Shown one piece after another: positions 9,784 to 18,383 of a stretch of DNA of 64,000 nt. This DNA is from Sphingomonadales bacterium RIFCSPLOWO2_12_FULL_63_15 (lineage in GTDB: Bacteria; Pseudomonadota; Alphaproteobacteria; Sphingomonadales; Sphingomonadaceae). The position numbers and the translations under genes were made by a program. The stretch covers positions 29,930 through 93,929 of the forward strand of contig MIAK01000058.1 of NCBI GenBank assembly GCA_001829085.1, given 5' to 3'. The first letter of the stretch is position 1, and the number at the start of each line of letters is the position of its first letter. The notes beneath the pieces are model-generated. The model was given only the letters and a program-made list of their open reading frames with translations, ran no database searches and was not told where the DNA came from.

Positions 9784-9902
9784 CCGTTCGTGCTGAGTAG
9801 GGGCTGAGCGAAGTCGAAGACCCGTATCGAAGCATCATGCCCAGCGTCTGATCCTTCGATACGCCATTTCGACTTCGCTCAATGGCTACTCAGGACGAAC
9901 GG
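9784..9902. repeat. 119-bp nested palindromic element of the CCGTTCG...TGAGCGAAGTCGAA family
   Basis: Left arm CCGTTCG-TGC-TGAG-TAG-GGGC-TGAGCGAAGTCGAA-GACC-CGTA-TCGAA-GCA; right arm (reverse complement) CCGTTCG-TCC-TGAG-TAG-CCAT-TGAGCGAAGTCGAA-ATGG-CGTA-TCGAA-GGA. Confidence 0.9.
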
Positions 9903-9946
9903 AGTGGGGGGCGGATCGTCACATACTAACGCCCCTCTACATCAGC

Positions 9947-12094
9947 CTAGAAAATCCCCAGAAACTTCTTTTTTTGGCTCTGCTGCTCGCTTTTGCTGCC
10001 CTTGCCCTTTTCGTCCTTCGCGGTCGTGCCCTGGCCGACATCGTCGCGGGGATTACCGCGCTTGGTGCGCTGCGCCACCGCATTGGCGCCGGACAGGATC
10101 GGGCCACAAGCCGCGCCCTTGGCATCGCCCACATCGGCAAAGGCCAGCACCGCCGCCAGTGGCGTTCCGACCACGGCCAGTCCCAAAGCCGCCCCGCCGC
10201 GCGCCATCAGTTCGGGGCTGACGACCGCCATGCCGGGCCGAGCGAAATAGCCGTTGATGCCGATCGGCGACTGGCCGGAAAACAGGCTGATCTTCTTGCT
10301 GTCGGCGCGGAAGGCGATGTCGAGCCGCTCGTTGCGGAACGAAAAGCCGCCCCGCCCGATCATCACATTCTTCCTGGTATCGATGAGGATCGGGTCCGCC
10401 GCCGCCACGCCATTGCGCACGGTGAAAGCGATCAACCCGCAATTGATCTGCACCGGTTCCTTGAGCTTGCCCGCGAACATCTTGGTCGCGAAGGTGCCGA
10501 TGTCGAGTTCCGACAATTGCACATTGCGCGCCCACATCGTCCCCGCAGGCAATATCACCGCGATCCGCCCGTTCGATGTCGCGAGCGAATCATGCAGCGT
10601 ATCGCCAAGGCCCGTCATCTGTATCCGGCCCTTGATTGTGCCGGTGGTGCCCGATTGCTCGACGCCCCAGCGCGCCAGCAGCGTGCCCATCGGCGTCGGA
10701 GCCAGCCGAATATCATAGGTCGTCCGCACCGGCGCCCCCCGCGCGTTGATCTCTATATCCGAGGCGACCTGCCCGCCCGACATGGCGAAGGTCAGCGGTG
10801 ACAGCGTCAGCACGCTGCGATCCAGCTTCAGCGACAGGTCGATATCGGAAATGGGGACATAGTCCGCCCGCACGCGCTTGACCTTATATTGCACCGTCGC
10901 ATCGAAATTGCGGATCGCCTCGACCCGCAACGGCGTATCGGGGAGGACGCGCGGGGTGCCCTGCACCGTCTCGATCGCGCCAGCCGCGCCCTGCTGCTCG
11001 ATCTTGGCCGGATCATAGCCAAAGAAAGGCGCGACATCGATGATGTCGAGCGTCTGGGTCGCCAGGTCCGCGGTCAGCAGCAAGCGCCCATTGGGCAGCG
11101 ACGCGGTGAAGCGGCCGGTGAGGTCGCTATCGCCAAAACGCCCCTTCAACCGGGTGAAACGCCACTCGTCGCCCACCTTGGTCAGGGCGGAGGTAAAGCG
11201 ATAGCGGCGCGTATCGGGGATCGCCGCGCCCAGAAAATCGAACAGTTGGCTGAGGTTCGGTCCGCGCGTCACCAGTTGCAGGTCGCTGCCTTCCAATTCG
11301 GTCGCGCCGCGCAGCGTGCCGGTGACGTCCACCACCGTCGCGCCTGCCTCCGCGCGCAACACCAGGCTGTTCTTGCCGCCCGACACCGTGGCGTTGGGGG
11401 ACAAGAGGCTGCCCTTGAGGTCGAAGGGCTTGCCCCGCATGCTGCCCGTGCCCGACAGCCGCACGTCGCTGGCAAAGCGGGTATCCTTCGCCCTTACCGT
11501 CTCGAACCCGATATCGGCGTTCAACTCCATTTGCGGATCGCGATAGCGCAGCGTCGTGCCCGCCAGCCGCGCCTGCCGGATCAGCGGCATCGTCATCGGC
11601 TCGCCATCGGCATTGGGGTCACCCAGCGTCCAAGTATTCTGCTTGTGATCGCGCGACCATTCCAGGTCCACCGCGCCGTTACGCAGTTCCAGCCACGATA
11701 ACCGCGCCCGGTCGCCGAAGAGCAGGCTGAACGGCGCGATCCGCGCATCGATCAGGTCGGCGCGGAACAGGTCGGGCTGGCTCGCCCAGGGCAGGTTGGC
11801 GATGCGCGCTTTTTCGGCGAGCAGCTTGATGGAGAAGGGCGCGAAATAGAGCTGGAAATCGCCGCCGACACGCACGTCGCGTTCGAGCTGGCTGCCGACG
11901 ATCTGTTCGAACGGTCGCTTGAGGAAGCGCCCCTTGGTGATGAACAGGATCAGCCAGATCGCAAAGAGAAAGCCCAGGATGCCGAGCAGGATCTTCACCG
12001 GCAGCGGCAATCTGCGCCACCGTTCGCGCGCACGCGTCGCATGATGACGCACGGCCGCCGGCCGCTTAGCTATTTCGGACTCACCATCGACCAT
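9947..12094 (-). CDS. asmA: AsmA-family protein
   Basis: Long ORF with an N-terminal TM anchor, beta-rich body and C-terminal INCGLIAF...G.A motif typical of AsmA/YhjG. Start at 12094 is preferred over 12121 but uncertain. Confidence 0.75.
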   Translation of the reverse strand: MVDGESEIAKRPAAVRHHATRARERWRRLPLPVKILLGILGFLFAIWLILFITKGRFLKRPFEQIVGSQLERDVRVGGDFQLYFAPFSIKLLAEKARIANLPWASQPDLFRADLIDARIAPFSLLFGDRARLSWLELRNGAVDLEWSRDHKQNTWTLGDPNADGEPMTMPLIRQARLAGTTLRYRDPQMELNADIGFETVRAKDTRFASDVRLSGTGSMRGKPFDLKGSLLSPNATVSGGKNSLVLRAEAGATVVDVTGTLRGATELEGSDLQLVTRGPNLSQLFDFLGAAIPDTRRYRFTSALTKVGDEWRFTRLKGRFGDSDLTGRFTASLPNGRLLLTADLATQTLDIIDVAPFFGYDPAKIEQQGAAGAIETVQGTPRVLPDTPLRVEAIRNFDATVQYKVKRVRADYVPISDIDLSLKLDRSVLTLSPLTFAMSGGQVASDIEINARGAPVRTTYDIRLAPTPMGTLLARWGVEQSGTTGTIKGRIQMTGLGDTLHDSLATSNGRIAVILPAGTMWARNVQLSELDIGTFATKMFAGKLKEPVQINCGLIAFTVRNGVAAADPILIDTRKNVMIGRGGFSFRNERLDIAFRADSKKISLFSGQSPIGINGYFARPGMAVVSPELMARGGAALGLAVVGTPLAAVLAFADVGDAKGAACGPILSGANAVAQRTKRGNPRDDVGQGTTAKDEKGKGSKSEQQSQKKKFLGIF

Positions 12095-12190
12095 CGCGCG
12101 CTCAACGCCCCAGCCCGTCAAATGGCTCCCGCGACCCCCAAAGCGCGAATCGCTTGCCTTTTCCCCGGCCGCCCCTTATGGCGCGCCCTT

Positions 12191-12252
12191 CGCGATATTC
12201 AGTGGGACCGCCCGGCTAACTAGGGCTGCCGGGGCTGTCTGTAATCGTCGCG
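12191..12252 (+). promoter_or_regulatory. Structured 5' leader of rpmI-rplT (possible L20 autoregulatory leader)
   Basis: CGCGA/TCGCG and CCCGGC/GCCGGG stems upstream of rpmI. Function is inferred only from position. Confidence 0.3.
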
Positions 12253-12271
12253 CTACGCAAAGGAGACGAAA

Positions 12272-12475
12272 ATGCCCAAGCTCAAGACCAAGAGTGGTGT
12301 GAAGAAGCGCTTCAAGTTCACCGCTTCCGGCAAGGTCAAGCACGGCGTCGCTGGCAAGCGTCACCGTCTGATCAGCCACAACGCCAAATATATTCGCCAG
12401 AACCGTGGTACTTCCGTGCTGTCCGATGCCGACGTGGCTCACGTCCGCCTCTGGGCACCCTACGGCCTCAAGTAA
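12272..12475 (+). CDS. rpmI: 50S ribosomal protein L35
   Basis: [15 protein letters not shown]...H.L; AAGGAG RBS. Confidence 0.98.
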   Translation: MPKLKTKSGVKKRFKFTASGKVKHGVAGKRHRLISHNAKYIRQNRGTSVLSDADVAHVRLWAPYGLK

Positions 12476-12488
12476 GGAGTAAGGGACA

Positions 12489-12851
12489 ATGGCACGCGTC
12501 AAACGGGGTGTAACCACCCGCGCCAAGCATAAGCGGCTTCTGGTACAAGCGAAGGGCTATTATGGCCGTCGCAAGAATACCATCCGTATCGCCCGTCAGG
12601 CCGTCGAAAAGGCCGGCCAGTACGCTTACCGCGATCGCAAGGTCAAGAAGCGCAGCTTCCGTGGCCTGTGGATTCAGCGCATCAACGCGGGTGTCCGCGC
12701 TGAAGGCCTGACCTATTCGCAGTTCATGCATGGCTTGAAGCTCGCCGGTGTGCAGCTGGACCGCAAGGTTCTGGCCGACATCGCGATGCACGAAGGCGAG
12801 GCGTTCAGCGTCATCATCGCCCAAGCCAAGGCTGCCCTGCCCGCAGCCTAA
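12489..12851 (+). CDS. rplT: 50S ribosomal protein L20
   Basis: MARVKRG...YAYRDRK...LWIQRINA. Confidence 0.98.
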   Translation: MARVKRGVTTRAKHKRLLVQAKGYYGRRKNTIRIARQAVEKAGQYAYRDRKVKKRSFRGLWIQRINAGVRAEGLTYSQFMHGLKLAGVQLDRKVLADIAMHEGEAFSVIIAQAKAALPAA

Positions 12852-12874
12852 GGCCGATCGATCGCAAGATCGTC

Positions 12875-12912
12875 AAAAGGGCGCCGGGGCAGATGCTTCC
12901 GGCGCCCTTTTT
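12875..12912 (+). terminator. Rho-independent terminator after rplT
   Basis: AAAAGGGCGCCGG / CCGGCGCCCTTTTT stem followed by a T tract. Confidence 0.85.
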
Positions 12913-12934
12913 GTTTGTTGCAACGTCCATCTCC

Positions 12935-13031
12935 CCGTTCGCCCTGAGCGAAGTCGAAGGGCATCACCGAACGGAGTGAGGTGCCTTCGCTTCGCTCAGG
13001 CGGGGGCTTCGACTTCGCTCAGCCCGAACGG
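12935..13031. repeat. 97-bp four-hairpin palindromic element, copy 1
   Basis: CCGTTCG CCCTGAGCGAAGTCGAAGGG ... GGCTTCGACTTCGCTCAGCC CGAACGG; same length and layout as 19285-19381 and 27434-27530. Confidence 0.92.
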
Positions 13032-13066
13032 ATTGGGAAGCTGACCGGACATCCAAGGACCACCCC

Positions 13067-13681
13067 ATGTCGCTGCATCTCTGGTGGCTCTATGTCACCG
13101 CCGTCTTCCTCATCTCCGCCACGCCGGGGCCGAACATGCTGCATGTGATGACACAGAGCATTCAGCACGGCCCGCGCAAGGCGATGGCGACGATGGCGGG
13201 CCTGATGAGCGCGGTGCTGCTGTGCCTCGCCGCCTCGGCGCTGGGCCTTGGCGCGCTGCTCAAAACCTCGCCGCGCCTGTTCGACGTGCTGCGCTATGCC
13301 GGCGTCGCCTATCTCGTCTGGCTGGGGATCAAGGCCTGGCGCGCGCCGGTCGGCGCCGCCGCGGTCGCCGCACCCGCCCGTTCGCACCATGCCCTCTTTG
13401 CCACCGGCCTTTTGACCGGCCTCTCCAATCCCAAGCTCATCATCTTCGCCGCCGCGCTCTTCCCCCAGTTCATCGACACCGACCGCCCCTTCGGCATCCA
13501 GCTCGCCATCCTGGTGCTGACCTTCGTGGTGATCGAAAGTTTCTGGTACAGCGTCTATGCGCTCGGCGGCCTCCGCCTCGCCCGCTGGCTCGCCCCTGCC
13601 AACCGCCAACGCCTCTTCAACCGCGCGACCGGCGTCATGTTCATCGGCTTCGGCGGCGCGTTGCTCGGCGCGCGGGCGTAG
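13067..13681 (+). CDS. LysE/RhtB-family amino-acid exporter
   Basis: TPGPN, GVAYLVWLG and NPK motifs; about 6 TM segments. Confidence 0.88.
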   Translation: MSLHLWWLYVTAVFLISATPGPNMLHVMTQSIQHGPRKAMATMAGLMSAVLLCLAASALGLGALLKTSPRLFDVLRYAGVAYLVWLGIKAWRAPVGAAAVAAPARSHHALFATGLLTGLSNPKLIIFAAALFPQFIDTDRPFGIQLAILVLTFVVIESFWYSVYALGGLRLARWLAPANRQRLFNRATGVMFIGFGGALLGARA

Positions 13682-13697
13682 GCTAAACTTCTCACGC

Positions 13698-13772
13698 CGT
13701 CATTCCCGCCTCTTATTTAGTCATTCCCGCTCTCTATTTCCGTCATCCCCGCGAAGGCGGGGACCCATCTCC
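13698..13772 (+). repeat. Left CGTC-type REP arm (13741-13772) preceded by two tandem truncated GTCATTCCCGC copies
   Basis: CGTCATCCCCGCGAAGGCGGGGACCCATCTCC; partial units at 13699 and 13720 (period 21-22 bp). Confidence 0.9.
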
Positions 13773-13782
13773 GGGGGCCTGT

Positions 13783-14109
13783 ATGAAGCGCGAGATCAGC
13801 CCAACCGTCTATCTTCTGGCCAGTCGCAGGAACGGGGCGCTCTACACAGGGGTCACATCTGACCTTATAAAGCGACTCTATGAACACCGAAACGGCTTGA
13901 TCGAAGGCTTCACCAAAGACTACGGCATCAAACGCCTGGTCTGGTTCGAACCGCATGACAGTATGGACAGCGCCATCCTGCGGGAGAAGCGGATCAAGAA
14001 ATGGAACAGGCCGTGGAAGATCGCGCTTATCGAAGCCGGTAATCCCGACTGGGACGATCTGGCGTTGGGCTTTGGCTATGAGCCTTTGCCTACTCTGCGC
14101 TGCGACTGA
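13783..14109 (+). CDS. Stand-alone GIY-YIG nuclease (~108 aa)
   Basis: VYLLAS..NG.LYTGVT (GIY-YIG), conserved R (KRLYEH), E (REKRIK) and NP.W.DL motifs all intact. Confidence 0.92.
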   Translation: MKREISPTVYLLASRRNGALYTGVTSDLIKRLYEHRNGLIEGFTKDYGIKRLVWFEPHDSMDSAILREKRIKKWNRPWKIALIEAGNPDWDDLALGFGYEPLPTLRCD

Positions 14110-14120
14110 CCGACAGGTCG

Positions 14121-14151
14121 GGAGATGGGTTCCGCCTTCGCGGGAATGACG
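14121..14151 (-). repeat. Right CGTC-type REP arm, inverted relative to 13741-13772
   Basis: Reverse complement CGTCATTCCCGCGAAGGCGGAACCCATCTCC differs from the left arm by two substitutions and a 1-nt indel. Confidence 0.9.
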
Positions 14152-14170
14152 AGATGGTGGTGACAGGATA

Positions 14171-15265
14171 ATGATGACAGACATTAGCGCATTGAAAGCC
14201 GGGCTGATCGCCGACATCGACGCCGCCGACACGCCGGACGCGGTGGAGGCGTTGCGGGTGGGGGCGTTGGGCAAGAATGGGGTCATCACCGGCCTGCTCA
14301 AGACGCTGGGGCCGATGTCGCCGCAGGAGCGGCTGGAACAAGGCCCGCCGATTCAGGATCTGCGCGAATCCGTCACCGCCGCCATCGCCGCGCGCAAGGC
14401 GGCGCTGGAAAGCGCGGCGCTCGACGCGCGCCTGGCGTCGGAAAAGATCGACATGACCCTGCCCGCCGATCCGGCCCCGCAAGGCAGCGTCCACCCGGTC
14501 GCCCAAGTGATGGACGAACTGGCCGAAATCTTCGCCGATCTGGGCTTCTCGGTCGCCACCGGGCCGGAGATCGAGGACGACTGGCATAATTTCACCGCGC
14601 TCAACATCCCCGAAACGCATCCGGCGCGGGCAATGCACGACACCTTCTACTTCCCGGACGAGGACGGGCAGAAGCGGATGCTGCTGCGCACCCACACCTC
14701 GCCGGTGCAGATCCGCACGATGATGACGACGCCCCCGCCGATCCGCATCATCGCGCCCGGTCGCGTCTATCGCAGCGATAGCGACGCGACCCACACGCCG
14801 ATGTTCCACCAGATCGAGGGCCTCGTCATCGACAAGGGCATCACGCTCGGTCACCTGAAATGGACGCTCGAAACCTTCCTCAAGGCGTTTTTCGAGCGCG
14901 AGGATATCGTCCTGCGCCTGCGCCCCAGCTACTTCCCCTTCACCGAACCCTCGGTCGAGGTCGATGTCGGCTATACGCTCGCCAATGGCCAGCGCGTCAT
15001 CGGCGGCGACGGCGATGCGTCCGATGGCGGCTGGCTCGAAGTGCTGGGTAGCGGCATGGTCAACCGCCGCGTGATCGAAAGCTGTGGCCTCGACCCCGAC
15101 GAGTGGCAGGGCTTTGCCTTTGGCACCGGGGTCGATCGGCTCGCCATGCTCAAATATGGGATGAACGACTTGCGTGCCTTCTTCGACGGCGACCTGCGCT
15201 GGCTCAAACATTATGGCTTCTCCGCGCTCGACGTGCCCACGCTCAGCGGAGGAGTAGGCGCATGA
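14171..15265 (+). CDS. pheS: Phenylalanine--tRNA ligase alpha subunit
   Basis: [34 protein letters not shown] and FAFG.G.DRLAML motifs. Confidence 0.98.
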   Translation: MMTDISALKAGLIADIDAADTPDAVEALRVGALGKNGVITGLLKTLGPMSPQERLEQGPPIQDLRESVTAAIAARKAALESAALDARLASEKIDMTLPADPAPQGSVHPVAQVMDELAEIFADLGFSVATGPEIEDDWHNFTALNIPETHPARAMHDTFYFPDEDGQKRMLLRTHTSPVQIRTMMTTPPPIRIIAPGRVYRSDSDATHTPMFHQIEGLVIDKGITLGHLKWTLETFLKAFFEREDIVLRLRPSYFPFTEPSVEVDVGYTLANGQRVIGGDGDASDGGWLEVLGSGMVNRRVIESCGLDPDEWQGFAFGTGVDRLAMLKYGMNDLRAFFDGDLRWLKHYGFSALDVPTLSGGVGA

Positions 15266-17679
15266 AGTTCACGCTCAGCTGGCTCAAGACGCATCTCGCC
15301 ACCGATGCCGACCTGGCGACGATCCTCAAGAAGCTCAACGCCATCGGCCTGGAGGTGGACGGCGTCGAAAACCCCGCCGAAAAGCTCGTCGCGTTCAAAA
15401 TCGCGCGCGTGCTGACCGCCGATCCCCATCCGCAGGCGGACAAGCTGCAAGTGCTGACCGTCGATCAGGGCGACGGCACCCCGCTGCAGGTCGTGTGCGG
15501 CGCACCCAATGCGCGCGCAGGCCTGATCGGCGTGTTCGGGACGGAGGGCGCGGTCGTGCCGTCCAATGGCATGGTGCTGAAAAAGACCGCGATTCGCGGC
15601 GTCGATTCCAACGGCATGATGTGTTCCTCGCGCGAGCTGGAACTGGGCGACGATCATGACGGCATCATCGACCTGCCGGGCGATGCGCCGGTGGGGCAGG
15701 TCTATGCCGACTGGGCGGGCCTCAACGATCCGGTCATCGACGTGTCGATCACCCCCAATCGCCAGGATTGCATGGGCGTGCGCGGCATCGCGCGCGATCT
15801 CGCCGCCGCTGGCCTCGGCACGCTCAACGCGCTGATCGTGCCGCCGATCGCCGGCGTCGGCCCCGGCCCGGACGTGCGCACCGACGATGCCGAAGGCTGC
15901 CCCGCCTTCTACGCCCGCACCGTGCGCGGCGTCACCAACGGCGCGTCGCCCGAATGGATGGCGCGGCGGTTGAAGGCCATCGGCCAGAAGCCGATCAGCA
16001 CCCTGGTCGATATCACAAACTATATCATGATCGACCTTGGCCGCCCGCTGCACGTCTATGACATGGCCAGCCTCAAGGGCGGCCTGGTCGCGCGCAAGGG
16101 CAAGCCCGGCGAGCAAGTGCTGGCGCTCAACGGCAAGACCTACACAGTCGATGACACGATGACCGTGATTGCCGACGATGCAGCGGTCCACGATATTGGC
16201 GGCATCATGGGCGGCGAACATTCGGGCGCGCAGGATGGCACCACCGACGTGCTGATCGAATGCGCCTATTTCACGCCCGAACGGATTGCGATGACGGGGC
16301 AGAAGCTGACCCTCACCTCCGACGCGCGCGGCCGCTTCGAACGCGGGGTCGATCCCGCCTTCCTCGACGATGGCCTGTCGATCGCCACCAGCCTGGTCAT
16401 CCATCTGTGCGGCGGCACCGCCAGCGAACCGACCCGCGCCGGCAGCCCGCCGCTCGCCCCCAAGGTCATCGACTATGATCCCGACCAGTGCCTCGCGCTG
16501 GCCGGTGTCGATGTCCCCGCCGACGAACAGAAGCGCATCCTGCAAAATCTGGGCTTCACCGTCACCGGCGAGGCCGCGAGTTTCGACTATCAGGACGGCA
16601 TGCCCGTCAGCCTGCCCGGCCATTGGGCCGTCACCGTGCCCAGCTGGCGTCGCGACGTCGATGGCTGGCCCGACCTGGTCGAGGAAGTGGTGCGGATCGT
16701 CGGGCTGGACCATGTCCCCTCCACCCCGCTGCCGCGTGTGCCGGGCGTCGCCCGCCCCACCGCCACGCCCGAACAACTGGTCGAACGCCGCGTGCGCCGC
16801 ACCGCCGCCGCGCGCGGCCTGTCCGAAGCGATCAACTGGTCCTTCCTCTCCGAAAAGGAAGCCGCATCGGTCGGCGGCGGTGACTGGGTGCTGGCCAACC
16901 CGATCTCCGAAGACCTCAAGGTCATGCGCCCCTCGCTGCTGCCGGGCCTGCTTTCTGCGACCCGCCGCAACATGGATCGTGGTGCCTCGTCGGTGCGCTT
17001 GTTCGAGCTTGGCCGACGCTATTTCAAGCAGGGCGAGCGCGCGACGGTCGGCTTCGTGCTGGCGGGCGATCAGTCCCCGCGCGGCTGGCAGACCGGCAAG
17101 GCGCAGCCTTTCTCTGCCTTCGATGCCAAGGGCGAAGTCGTCGCCCTGCTCGCGGCGGCGGGCGCACCGGTCGCCAATCTGCAGAATTTCGGCGATGCGT
17201 CTGGCGCTTATCATCCCGGCCAGTCAGGCACGCTGCGCCTTGGCCCCAAAGTGATCCTCGCCGAATATGGCGTGCTGCACCCAGCCCTCGCCAAGCAGTT
17301 CGGGCTTAGCGGCACGATCGTCGCGGGCGAAATCTTCCTGGATGCCATTCCCGGCAAGCGCAAATCGGGCTTCATGCGCGCGCCCTACGCGCCGCCTGCG
17401 CTCCAGGCAGTGAAGCGCGACTTCGCCTTCGTCGTGCCGGACCAGCAGGAAGCCGACGCGCTGGTCCGCGCGGTCAAGGGCGCGGACAAGAAGGCGATCG
17501 TCGACGCGCGCCTGTTCGATGTCTTCACCGGACCGGGCGTGGAGGACGGCCACAAGAGCCTCGCCATCGAAGTCACGCTACAACCCGGCGACAAGAGCTT
17601 CACCCAGGACGATCTCGACGCCGTCAGCGCCGCCATCGTGAAAGCCGCCCAGAAACTGGGCGGCGTCCTGCGGGGGTGA
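15262..17679 (+). CDS. pheT: Phenylalanine--tRNA ligase beta subunit
   Basis: [30 protein letters not shown] and RFERGVD motifs; ATGA overlap with pheS. Confidence 0.98.
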   Translation: MKFTLSWLKTHLATDADLATILKKLNAIGLEVDGVENPAEKLVAFKIARVLTADPHPQADKLQVLTVDQGDGTPLQVVCGAPNARAGLIGVFGTEGAVVPSNGMVLKKTAIRGVDSNGMMCSSRELELGDDHDGIIDLPGDAPVGQVYADWAGLNDPVIDVSITPNRQDCMGVRGIARDLAAAGLGTLNALIVPPIAGVGPGPDVRTDDAEGCPAFYARTVRGVTNGASPEWMARRLKAIGQKPISTLVDITNYIMIDLGRPLHVYDMASLKGGLVARKGKPGEQVLALNGKTYTVDDTMTVIADDAAVHDIGGIMGGEHSGAQDGTTDVLIECAYFTPERIAMTGQKLTLTSDARGRFERGVDPAFLDDGLSIATSLVIHLCGGTASEPTRAGSPPLAPKVIDYDPDQCLALAGVDVPADEQKRILQNLGFTVTGEAASFDYQDGMPVSLPGHWAVTVPSWRRDVDGWPDLVEEVVRIVGLDHVPSTPLPRVPGVARPTATPEQLVERRVRRTAAARGLSEAINWSFLSEKEAASVGGGDWVLANPISEDLKVMRPSLLPGLLSATRRNMDRGASSVRLFELGRRYFKQGERATVGFVLAGDQSPRGWQTGKAQPFSAFDAKGEVVALLAAAGAPVANLQNFGDASGAYHPGQSGTLRLGPKVILAEYGVLHPALAKQFGLSGTIVAGEIFLDAIPGKRKSGFMRAPYAPPALQAVKRDFAFVVPDQQEADALVRAVKGADKKAIVDARLFDVFTGPGVEDGHKSLAIEVTLQPGDKSFTQDDLDAVSAAIVKAAQKLGGVLRG

Positions 17680-17689
17680 TCCAATAGGC

Positions 17690-17718
17690 TGTTCCCCCGG
17701 CCCTTGGCCGGGGAACGC
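17690..17718 (-). repeat. GCGTTCCCCGGC-type hairpin (REP/terminator) between convergent genes
   Basis: TGTTCCCCCGGC-CCTTG-GCCGGGGAACGC; near-identical to 21018-21046. Confidence 0.65.
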
Positions 17719-17721
17719 GGC

Positions 17722-18261
17722 TTACTTCTTATCGTCGTCCTTCTTCGGCTTCGCCACCACCGGCGGCGCAATCGGGGCGATCTTGCAGCCCTTGGCCGCC
17801 GCCATTCCGCGCAGATAGCCGCGCCGCGCGATCCCCGCCGTCACGGCCGCCTGCAAGCGCCGCTCGGCCGGGGCCGCGCCGCTGATCTCGCGCACCAGCC
17901 CGCGGAACGGGATCAGCGAATTGACCACCGTCTTGCCGACGGCAGACGCGATCTTGCCGGTGCGATTCTCGTTCGCATCCTTGCCGACCACGAAGTCATC
18001 GCCCAGCACCGCGTTCAATTCGCCCAGTCCCCGGTTCAGCCCGATGCAGGTGCGCGACGGCGGCGTCGCATAGGGATTGTCCACTGCCTTGAGCAGCACC
18101 GGCGGAATCTCGTCCTTTTCCAGGCCGATGTCGCGCACCGGCTGGCTGGCGATCTCGCCCGCCCGGTCCAGCGTATCGTCCCTTGGCTTGTCCTTGTCCT
18201 GCGCCAGCGCCGCCCCCGACAGCAGCAGGGACAGGGTGGCAGCAGCGATAAATGATTTCAT
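17722..18261 (-). CDS. Hypothetical secreted protein
   Basis: Signal peptide MKSFIAAATLSLLLSGAALA; conserved-looking core PFRGLVREISGA with two Cys. Confidence 0.75.
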   Translation of the reverse strand: MKSFIAAATLSLLLSGAALAQDKDKPRDDTLDRAGEIASQPVRDIGLEKDEIPPVLLKAVDNPYATPPSRTCIGLNRGLGELNAVLGDDFVVGKDANENRTGKIASAVGKTVVNSLIPFRGLVREISGAAPAERRLQAAVTAGIARRGYLRGMAAAKGCKIAPIAPPVVAKPKKDDDKK

Positions 18262-18383
18262 GATATTTCTCCCGATCGCCAAACCCGCGACCAACGGTTT
18301 CGGTTCCCAGACGAAACGATCGCCGGGGCAGACAGGCCCATGCCGCATCGCTATGCGGATGGATATAGACGCAGGAGCCCCCC

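Larger units (their letters stand above)
13741..14151. mobile_element. Putative REP-flanked GIY-YIG element (REPtron-like)
   Basis: A single nuclease gene between inverted hairpin repeats that recur without cargo elsewhere in the window. Mobility is inferred, not shown. Confidence 0.55.

Noticed and set aside
12935-13031. CTGAG...CGAA as a hammerhead ribozyme core
   Set aside because: The sequence is CTGAGCG rather than CUGANGA and the three-stem junction is absent. The fold is better explained by tandem G.A pairs and a GNA triloop.
13741-14151. Classical IS with DDE or HUH transposase, or CcrM-associated CIR repeat
   Set aside because: The enclosed ORF is GIY-YIG with no HUH/Y1 or DDE motif; no target-site duplication is visible; these arms contain no GANTC site.
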